In this document: piece after piece, positions 1 through 10,938 of the stretch
How the letters are laid out: each line of letters begins with the position of its first letter
How positions within the stretch are numbered: the first letter of the stretch is position 1
DNA from: Lytechinus pictus
Taxonomy: Eukaryota
DNA length: 64,000 nucleotides
Assembly (NCBI RefSeq): GCF_037042905.1
Contig: NC_087245.1
Location: 34,226,001-34,290,000, forward strand
Direction of reading: 5' to 3'
Program-made: the position numbers and the translations under genes
The notes under the pieces: generated by a model
Database searches by the model: none
Told to the model about the DNA's origin: nothing
Seen by the model: only the letters and a program-made list of their open reading frames with translations

Positions 1-3000
1 GAATTTCCAATGAAGATTTTTTATCTAGTCGACTTGGTTGTAGAAGCTTCTCTTCAAACCTATGTCCAGATGTATTGTCATTCCAGTCAGACCTGCAACA
101 TAAACACGAAATTGATATTACAATATAGTTTGGTTCTGACTGTTTGGCATTGAATATATTAAACATGCACCATGTAGATCTAGAATGAAAAAAAAACACG
201 TGATGGAATGTTATCATCCTGTTTGTTGGTATTTATATTTATGACCTAGATCTATCAAAAGAAAATATCAAACAAATGTTGTTGCTAGTTTGATTATGAT
301 CATCGATTTTAGCCTCAGTATATACATTAATTGTCTAAAGTCCCTTTCATGTATCTCTAAGATTCACGGCAACTTTACTCAAACCTATGTCTCCACCACT
401 TTATCAAGTCAAAAGTGCATAGCTATGTGGTTTTGTTATAAAATGTCAAATCAAAATTACGAAATTTGAATAACAGCAATGTTAATAACGAATGGTTAGA
501 TTTAGACTTAAACCAGCAATTGGTTTGTATATATACAGAATTTGTCAAAAGAGTTAAAATGAAACAAAACTTACTGCAATAATTCAGACGAACGAGACGA
601 TGATCATGTGCATAATTATTAAACATAATGGCTCAACGCAAAAACGAATGATCGTACGAGAGACTCGACGAATGAACGAGTGGCTGAACGTATACTTTTT
701 GAATATATGTATTAACAGTTATTTTTTCGCTAGCTGAAAGTATAACGTCAGAAGGCAAAGAGCTGAACGATTACAACCTCAACCTTTTTTTTAAACAGGT
801 CTTACTATCACAGTCATGTTGAAATTAAGTCATCTTTGGATGAAACTGCATCAATCTTTCCGAGATTATATCTACCCCAGCAAGTTTTAGTCAGGCACCC
901 ATTGGGGCCCTAGTTGTAGGATTGTTTAATTTGAATTTGAATTTGAACTAGATTATACACAAAATTATCTTTTTCATTTTAAAATGACCAACATTATTAT
1001 CGCTATTATAACCATCATCAACACCATGCGGTAAACATTTTGGGGATTACTTATTTACTTATGTTTTATCTAGATCTACTAACAGAATGAAAGTTATGCC
1101 TACATCTATGCCATGTATTCTGCGACTGTTACCATCTGTGCCTTTGTATGCCCCTATGGCCCTTTCCCTTCTATAATCCACGATTCTTTGAGCAACAACC
1201 AAGTGTTAAGTATTTATTTTACGTATATAACATAAATATAAAACAGGTTTTCAGTTTTGTCAACATGGCAATACTTTTCTTCCATGAGGTCCATATTGAT
1301 AACGATTTCTACATGTAGATCTATTACTACATGTGCGTGGGACTGTTGTTATAACTTCTGTCGTACAAGAATTACGAGAATGGCACATAATAAATCTAAG
1401 CATATTAAGACGAGATCTACAATGAGGAAGAATTGTAATTCAAAACTATTATTGTCCTTGTCCACATATTGACTTTGAATAGGTCTATTGCTTTTTGTCT
1501 GAATACCGATCATCTTAGACCTAAATATTTACGAACCACCCAATCTCACTCACACTTGACTTTAATACTATTGAGGATTACCATGGGGAAAAATTATCCA
1601 CGGGGTTTAGAACTTTGTTATGGGACTGTGCACTGAACCATACTATTTTCCTTATAAGTAAAGTAGAAATTTAAAAAAGGGTGCGCATAATAGGCATGGC
1701 ATAATCAAATATTATATAAAATTACTTACTTATAGCACTTAAATCCTCCCGCAGTCAGATGAATAGTGGATCGGGCAGCAAGCTGCCCTAAAATCAACCA
1801 AACGAAAAAAAAAATTATCAAATAGACAAAATCAATGTAATAAATCTCACCTGGTAAGCTTTCGTGACGGATACTCGTACTTGGGCAAACGTGGTGTCTG
1901 TGTCTTTTGGATACGAAACCGATTAACGCCCGAATAACGGAATATCATTCATGCTTGCTACGATAATTTCACCTGTCAAATCTTGACATGGGAAAGCATT
2001 ATTACCCAGGAAAGGCGCCGGGGTATAGGGGCAAGACGATTTAGAGATGACGTCGGTTTTCTCCTCAATTGAATAATAGTGGTCTAATGGAGTTAAATGA
2101 CCCAACACGTTACTTTAATGTTTTTCTTTTATTATTCATGTGTGTATTTTCTCCTCTTGTAATTTTCATTACATACTTGAAAAAAATCATCGGAGGCAAC
2201 GCCCCGCCACTCCCTTCTGCACCGCCCCTGTAAGGAAGTACGCCGGATCCGAGCTAACGAACATTGCAACGAGATTTGTCGGGGAAAGCCTTACCACCTT
2301 TTTCTTTTTTCAAAAAAGTTGTAAAGCTTTCGGCACATAAACATTAAAAAATATTCAAATGAATTCGATTACCCGTAGGTGACAACACAGCAAATTTCTT
2401 GATATGACCCAATAACATTTATGGAGATAGGCTAAGATCAAGCTTCGGTCAGGCTCCTATGGAGGGACCCTATCATTTTGCCTAATTAACTTACTCTACG
2501 AATCCTGGCAATAAAACCTAACCGTAACCCATATCCATAAAATGTTAAAGTTTCATTAAGATCAGTAAGTGATATTGCCGTATTGTTCTAGGGGTAAAAT
2601 GGACTCACTCATACAGCAACTTGGTCAGCCTGGCATCTGTCCTCTCTCTCTGACATCGTCATGCATCCACAGGACCAAACAAAAATTTCCCTTTGGATCC
2701 AGTGATAAAGTATTTCTCCGTTGTGTCTCTGTTCCCTGATGTTCACAATATCAAGTTCAACTTGACAAATCAAGGGGAGAACAACCGTCCAGAGACCCAT
2801 CAACAAACCTCCCGTGAGATTCGGATTAGTCTCGGCGATGCTCTGCCTTGGGAATGGTGTTTATCTAGTGCGCACGCAAAAAAATGTAGATATCTCTTAT
2901 AGAAGAATATTGTTAACTAATTCTGCATCTGGAGTCCTTCCTAATAATATTGAACCGTATGAATATTAGGAAAGTATCGCCAAAGAATGGTACCTAATGG

Positions 3001-3150
3001 TGTTTTTCTCCGTGTCCATAGTCTAATGGATATCAAGCATTTAGTCAGAACTCGGCAGGTCTTGTCTATATTTCTCAATTTCATAATTGGCGGAGGCGTG
3101 ACATTGTCCATGTATGTAGTGAGGTCGACGATGAATAAATTAGAACACAA
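1..3150 (-). pseudogene. Multi-exon pseudogene copy 1, putative ADP-ribosyltransferase-like (PHYHIP-C-like) domain
   Basis: Minus-strand GT-AG boundaries define exons ending at 2609, then 2469-2373, 1972-1851, 1787-1730, 1650-1554, one starting at 1520 and one starting at 92. Spliced translation includes ...VSVTKAYQ|GSLLPDPLFI(fs)TAGGFKCYK|KIVWFSAQ...SQY..., with stops and frameshifts. Confidence 0.6.
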
Positions 3151-4348
3151 ACTTCAACGGGAATCGAGTCTTAAAAGTTGAAACATACTTTTCACTCCAT
3201 GTCCATATTTCGAAACAAGTTCCAGATAACTTGAGGACTCCGAATTCCGTGAAAACTGTGGAATTTAAATGAAACACAAAAAAATGATTATGAATTCCGA
3301 TGATGATTACAAATACCGGAACAATACGAAGAGCACAAAATAATGACAATCGTTGTATTGGAAGACACACATATAATATTCACTGCAGTTTTAACTTGTA
3401 CATATGTTGTTAATTTTTGTTAATAAAGTCAGAATGAAACGAATTCTACTTCTGCGAGATTTATTGGCACGATTGAATAAGTTAAATAATACTTAACGCA
3501 GGTTCCCAGAAGAATATCAGTTAACACTGATCAAGATCTAAAGTACAAGCTTAAGGCAAGTCTTCAGACAAATTTGGAGAAGGAAGACAACTTTTCCTCA
3601 CACTAGTCAAGCAAACATACTACAAAACAAAGTAATTCTATATGTTTTAATAAAGCACTACCAAACTTTTGAACTAGATCACCTTGAAAGTGTTGGCACG
3701 TTGACACAAAAATGTTCCGAGGGCCGCATTTCCAGAACCCGACAATCCTAGACCTGCATTCACCTTTTCTATTAACAAGATTTTTCTACTGGGACATTAT
3801 GTCTTTTATCAGCCACTCTGCTGTTGAGAATGAAAGAATGGAAATAAAAACATTTTAATGGCTGTAACGGTTAGTTAGGAAGAATAGAAGAAGGGTTAAG
3901 GAATATTATAACATGCAAAGAGAGTAATGCCAATGGAAGACTGCCAATAAATGCTGAAGTAGCTATCAACTAAATCAAGTTATTGATATGTTAATCGTAT
4001 AAAGACAATGTTAAAAAGGGCGCTGGAAAACATCCATCAAAAGTTGAACTGGCTATTCTGGGCAAATAAATTAAAGTTATTATTAAGAGTAAGAGTAAAA
4101 TCATATATTTCATATGAGCAGGAAAGTTGAAAAACCGCCGATAATCGCTGAATTAGTTACCCTTGGTGAAAAACACATAGAGCTTGAAAAGAGAATAAAG
4201 ATCGTCAGATATACAAGTTACGAAAATGGCATGCCAATGTAACAAAAACACAATAATTTGATCATATATGATTTAAAACTAGATTTTTAACTGTACTTTC
4301 CCATTCTGTTCAGCCGCTTTGCATTTCGAGAATGGAAGAGAAAAAATA

Positions 4349-4774
4349 CAAAGCTCCCAGCTTTTCAAGAAAACGAAATTCCCTGATTTTCCTCATTTTT
4401 CCCTGATGAATTTTAAAAATTCCCTGATAATTGTTTAAACACATTCACAGTTTCACATGTTTTGTAAGTTGTTGGAGTGAATTACATGTATTTTCAGCAA
4501 CAAAGTTTGTACTGCAGTCAAAGAGGCTACACTAAAAAACCACCATAACTCGTCATTCAGTGGATGCTGTTTTGATATGCAACAAAATATAACAGAGTCT
4601 GACTGACTACCGTGCTTTCGACATTTGGGCCAATAAAATTTCCCTGATTTTTCCCTCATTTGAGGCATTTTCCCCTGATTTGAGGTATTTTTTAAATCAA
4701 ATTCCCCGATTTTTCCCTGACTGGAAAAAAGTAAAATAATTTTCCCTGATTTCCCTGATAGGCTGGGAACCCTG
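4349..4774. mobile_element. Non-autonomous DNA transposon (TA-flanked, internal ttccctgatt repeats), unit 1 copy
   Basis: Ends in gggaaccctg|ta with many subterminal ttccctgattt repeats. The unit 2 copy shows intact termini. Confidence 0.6.
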
Positions 4775-6559
4775 TAATACAATACAATGGAATACAATAC
4801 ATGGCCGGGTCTTTATTAAAGGTTATCCCAAACAAATTAACAAGGCCTATAGATTTCAAGAAAAGGGAAATGGCTAACCTTCGAAAAGTAAAAGTGTTAC
4901 CAAGATCAAGATCAAAAGTTGATTATCTTGGTTAAAAAAGAATTATTATTAATTTTCATAATTAAAATAAAGCAAGTCGGAAAAGAAAAAAAAGAGTAGT
5001 TACGAAAGAAATAAATACACTTGAATTACATTATTAATCAGGAAATTCCAATGAATAAATATATTGAACTTTTGTTTTTGCATCAGCCGTTCTGCTTCAG
5101 AGAATGAGAGAAAAAATAAATTTACCGTGTTAATAGGGCAGGGAGAAATGGGATGTTGGGAAGATATTGTGGTAATGATAGCAGGGTCGCTGAAAAACGG
5201 ACTTGTCTAACCTGGAAAATGACAGTCATTATAAATATTCATGTAAAAAAAGTATCAAGCCTGAAATGAGAAGACAGTAAAGGTCAGAAGTTATAAGTAA
5301 TAAAGAGGACGGCCAATACCAGCTGAAGTGGTTTCCCTTGGTGATAAATAGAAGAACCGTTGTTCATATTATAAACAAAATGTATCCAGACAGAAAAAAA
5401 GTATTAGAAATTCTGAAAAGAGGAAATACAATCGTTTATATAATTAATTAATTGTAGATTTGAATAAGTATGTATTGGACTTATGTTTTTGTATCATTTG
5501 CTCTGCTTCCGAGAGGAAAAAAAACATATCCGGGCACAGGGCGCGGTAAAGGGGTATTCGTGAGGCTTTAAAAGATAATTGCCAATGTAAGCAAGGTCAA
5601 TAGAAGACTGCCAACATCACCTAAAGAGGTAAAAAGGATAATCATTTTAACATTATAATTAAAATGCATCAGCCGCTGGAAGAATGCAAAAAAACGAGTG
5701 GCTATTTTCAGTAAATACGAGCTATCAATAATATATAACAACATCATATTTACGACATAATTATGTCAACATGTGTCCACTTGGAGCTGTTTGCCTGTTT
5801 GGGTATAAACGTAATATAATGTAGAATCATTAGCAATTGGTATCATGATATATTCTTTATTGAACAAGTACCACCCTCGAAGGAGACTGCCAATAAATGC
5901 TGATACGAAGTGGCTTATCTGAGTAGATAAGAATGATTATTATTAACATTGTATTTAATCTTATCGAGCCTACAAAGAAAAAAAAATTCTACATAGATTT
6001 ATTGATTAAGCCCTTGAAATCATATCAACAGTCGTGTCTGTACGCCATTATTCTCTCCGGGTCATCGTTCAGTAATTGCTTTGTCACAAGATCGCTCCTG
6101 GATACATGGAATGAAAAATAAATATCGCTAAGCTGTCATTAATTTGACACAAATTTGCTCGATAATTTCTATGGCAAAAAATATAACGTTTTATTTCTTT
6201 CTTATTCTTAGTAAATGGGGTCAATTTAAATAATAATCATATGATATCAATGATACTGATCAGACGTTTCATTAAATGTTTAATTCTCGGCATACATTCA
6301 AGTATAATTGTAACTTGTATTGATATTGTATTTTTATCGTGCATATTTGATACTGATAGATTTAATTAGGTACTTCATACATTGAGGTCGAAATGGCAGC
6401 ATGGCTTTTAATTGTAAAACAGACGAGATGATATATCATTCCAAATGATCTGGTATTACTTACCTTAATATAGAAGGAGGGTGAAATAATCAACACAAGC
6501 ATAAAAACTTACTGACGGTGAGATGTTGAGTATCAATTATCATGGTAAAAACAAGTTTA

Positions 6560-9500
6560 ATTGTTCTCTGATTAAAGGGTATTGGAGCTAGTGGTAGATA
6601 GAAGGAGAGACTGCTATCCAATGAAAGGTTGACGAAGCTATTGCTAAATAGTGGTAAAAGGAGGGAGACTAGTTGCTCTCTGATAAGGGTGACAAAACCA
6701 GTGGTAGAAGGAAGAATGCTATCTGATGGAGGAGTGACGAAGCTATTGGTAGACGAAAGGGAATTAGTTGCTCTCTAAACAAAGGGTGACGAAGCTAGTG
6801 GTAGAAGGACATTATTAGTATCTGATAAAAGGGTGACGAAGCTAGTTGTATAAGGAAGGACATTGTCGGATGAAAGGATGATGATGCTAGTGGTAGATGG
6901 AAGGATACTAGTTGCTCTCTGATGAAAGGGTGACGAAGGTTGCGTTATGATGAAAGGGTTACAAAGAGGAAGGACATTATCTCATGAGAGTGTGACGAAA
7001 CTAGTGATAGAATGAAGGACACTTTTTGATGAAAGGGTGACGAAGCTAGTGGTAGGTGGAAGGAGACTAGTTGTCCTCTGATGAATGGGTGGTGAAGATA
7101 GTGGTAGATGGAAAGAGACTAGTTGCTCTCTGGTGAAAGGGTGACGAAGCTAGAGGTAGATGGAAGGAGACTAGTTGCTCTCTGATAAAAGGGTGTTGAG
7201 GTTATTGGTAGATGGAAGGAAAGTAATTGCTCTCTAATGAAATGGTGATGAACCTAGGCATAGACGGATGAACACTTGTAATTGATATCGGACGGAAGGA
7301 TTAAGCAGCTAGTGGTAGATGAAGGAAACTAGTTGCTCTCTAATGGAAGGGTGACGAAGCTAGTAGAAGATGAGAGGAAACTAGTTCCTCTCTTATGAAA
7401 GAATTACAAAGCTAGTGTTAGAAGGAAGGAGGCAATTTGATGGATGAAAGGGTGACAAGCTAGTGGTCGATACAAGGAACCTAGTTGCTATCTGATGAAA
7501 GGGTGACGAAGCTTGTGGTTAATGGAAGGAGACTAGTTGTTCTCTGATGAAAGGGTGACAAAGTTAGTGGTAGACGGAAGGAGACTAGTTGCTCTTTGAT
7601 AAAAGGGTGTTAAGGTTAGTGGTAGAAGGAAGGAAACTAATTTCTCTTTGATGGGAGGGTGATGAAGCTAGTGGTAGTGGAAGGAGACTAATTGCTCTCT
7701 AATGAAATGGTGGCGAAGCCAGTAGGAGATGAGGGGGACTAGTTGCTTTCTGGTGGAAGGGTGATGAACCTAGGCATGGACGGAAGAACACTAGTAATTG
7801 TTATCGGAAGGAATGATAAAGCAGCTTGTAGTAGATGGGAGGATACTAGTTGCTCTCTAATGAAAGGGTGACGAAGCTAATGATAGATAGGGTAAACTGC
7901 TCTCTGATTAAAGGGGGACACGAAGCTAGTAGTAGATGGGAGGAGACTAATCGCTCTCTGATGGAAGGGTGACGGAGCTAGTGACAGATGGAGGAGAATA
8001 GTTGCTCTCAGAGAACGGGTGACGAAGCTAGTGGAAGATAGGAGACTAGTTGCTTTCTGGTGAAAGGGTTACGAAGCTAGTGTTAGATGAGGGAGACTAG
8101 TTGCTCTCTGATGAAAGGGTGACGAAGCTAATGATAGATGGGAGGAGACTAGTTGCTCTCTGATGGAAGGGACACGAAGCTAGTAGTAGATGGGAGGAGA
8201 CTAGTGGTTCTCTAATAAAAGGGTGATGAAGCTAGTGGCAGATTGAAGAACACTTTTTGCTCTCTAATGAACGGGTGACGAAGCTAGTGGAAGATAGAAG
8301 GAGACTAGTTGCTTTCTGGTGAAAGGGTTACGAAGCTAGTGTTAGATAAGGGAGACTAGTTGCTCTCTGATGAAAGGGTGACGAAGCTAGTGGCAGATGG
8401 AAGGAGAGTAGTTGCTCTCTGATAAAAGGGTGACGAAGCTAGTGGAAGATGGAAGGAGAGTAGTTGCTCTCTGGTGAAAAGGTGACGGAGCTAGTGGTAG
8501 ATGAAGGAGAGTAGTTGCTCTCTGGTGGAAGGGTGACGAAGCTAGTGGTAGAAGGAAGGAGGATATCTGATGAAAGGGTGACGAAGCTAGTAATAGATGA
8601 AGGAAACTAGTTGCTCTCTAGTAAAAGGGTGGCGAAGCTAGTGGCAGATTGAAGATCACTTGTTGCTCTCTAATGAAAAGGGTGACGAGGCTCTTGGTGA
8701 AAGGAAAGAGACTAGTTGCACTCTGATGAAAGGGTGACGAAGCTAGTGGAAGATGGAAGGAGACTAGTTGTTCTCTAATGAAAGGGTGACGAAGCAAGTG
8801 GTAGGTGAAGGAAACTAGTTGCTCTCTGATGAAAAGGTGACGAAGCTGGTGGTTGATGAAAAGAGACTAGTTGCTTTCTGGTGAAAGGGTAACGAAGCTA
8901 GTGTTAGATGAGGGAGACTAGTTGCTCTCTGATGAAAGGGTGACGAAGCTAATGATAGATGGGAGGAGACTAGTTGCTCTCTGATGAAAGGGACACGAAG
9001 CTAGTAGTAGATGGGAGGAGACTAGTGGTTCTCTAATAAAAGGGTGATGAAGCTAGTGGCAGATTGAAGAACACTTTTTGCTCTCTAATGAACGGGTGAC
9101 GAAGCTAGTGGAAGATAGAAGGAGACTAGTTGCTTTCTGGTGAAAGGGTTACGAAGCTAGTGTTAGATAAGGGAGACTAGTTTCTCTCTGATGAAAGGGT
9201 GACAAAGCTAGTGGCAGATGGAAAGAGAGTAGTTGCTCTCTGATGAAAGGGTGACGAAGCTAATGGAGGATGGAAGGAGAGTAGTTGCTCTCTGGTGAAA
9301 AGGTGACGGAGCTAGTGGTAGATGAAGGAGAGTAGTTGCTCTCTGGTGGAAGGGTGACGAAGCTAGTGGTAGAAGGAGGATATCTGATGAAAGGGTGACG
9401 AAGCTAGTAATAGATGAAGGAAACTAGTTGCTCTCTAGTAAAAGGGTGGCGAAGCTAGTGGCAGATTGAAGATCACTTGTTGCTCTCTAATGAAAAGGGT

Positions 9501-10730
9501 GACGAGGCTCTTGGTGAAAGGAAAGAGACTAGTTGCACTCTGATGAAAGGGTGACGAAGCTAGTGGAAGATGGAAGGAGACTAGTTGTTCTCTAATGAAA
9601 GGGTGACGAAGCAAGTGGTAGATGAAGGAAACTAGTTGCTCTCTGATGAAAAGGTGACGAAGCTGGTGGTTGATGAAAAGAGACTAGTTGCTCTCTGATG
9701 AAAGGGTGACGAAGCTAGTGGTAGACGGAAGAGACTAGTTGCTCTCCGATGAAAAGGTGACGAAGCTTGTGGTTGATGGAAGGAGGCTATCTGATGAAAG
9801 GGTGACGAAGGTAGTGGAAGATAGAAGGAGACTAGTTGGTCTCTAATGGAAGGTGCCGGCTCTCTGATAGGATGGTGACGAAGCTATTGGTAGAAAGAAT
9901 GAGGCTATCTTATTGAAAGGGTGACGAAGCTAGTCGTATATGGAAGAGACTAGTTGCTCTCCGATGAAAAGGCGACGAAGTTAGTGGTAGATGGAAGGAG
10001 GCTATCTGATGAAAGGGTGACGAAGGTAGTGGAAGATAGAAGGAGACTAGTTGCTCTCTAATGGAAGGTGCCAGCTCTCTGATAGGATGGTGACGAAGCT
10101 ATTGGTAGATGAATGAAACTGGTTGCTCTCTGGTGAAAGAGTGACGAAGCTAGTGAAAGATGGAAGGAGACTAGTTGCTCTCTGATGAAAGGGTAACAAA
10201 GCAAGTGGTAGATGAAGGAAACTAGTTGCTCTCTGGAGAAAGGGTGACGAAGCTAGTGGCAGATTGAAGAACAGTTGTTGCTCTCTAATAAAAGGATGAC
10301 GAGGCTCTTGGTGAAAAGAAAGAGACTGGTTGCTCTCTGATGAACAGGTGACGAAGCTAGTGGTAGATGGAAGGAGACTAGTTGCTCTCCGATGAAAGGG
10401 TGACGAAGTTAGTGGTAGATGGATAACGACTAGTTGCTCTTTAAAATAAATGATTATGAAATTAGTAGAAAATGGGAGGAGACTAGTTGCTCTCTGATGA
10501 AAGGGTGACGAAGTTAGTGGTAAATAGAATGAGGCTGGTTTAAGTGTGACGAAGCTAGTGGTAGATGGATAACAACTAGTTGCTCTTTTAAGAAAGAATT
10601 ACGAAATTGGTAGAAGATGGGAGGAGACTGGTTGCCCTCTAATGAAAGGGTGACGAAGCTAGCAGTAGATGGAAGGAGACAAGTTGCTCTTTGATAGATG
10701 GGTGACAAAGCTAGTGGTAGATGGAATGGG
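6560..10730. repeat. ~52-bp tandem satellite, array 1
   Basis: Consensus ctagttgctctctgatgaaagggtgacgaagctagtggtagatggaaggaga, tandemly repeated with variants over about 4.2 kb. Confidence 0.97.
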
Positions 10731-10938
10731 CTTTATCGCAGGAAATCTGTGAAATGGAATACATATTATACATCCTTGCTCTCAAATAATATAACATTAC
10801 AAGTAAAACTCTAGGAATATTATTTCTGCAGTCCGGTAGATAGTCCGCTGCTTGATATTAATATACAGTAGTAATCCCCATAATCAACCATACCCTACCA
10901 GAATACTATACAACTTGCTTTGTATATTTAATTCCTCA

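Noticed and set aside
1923..2108. Conserved 61-aa microprotein present in three copies
   Set aside because: It has a non-ATG start, conservation is explained by recent duplication, and it overlaps a pseudogene exon boundary.
6560..10730. CRISPR array or protein-coding repeat
   Set aside because: There are no unique spacers or cas genes. Monomer length varies and is not a multiple of 3, and stops are frequent.
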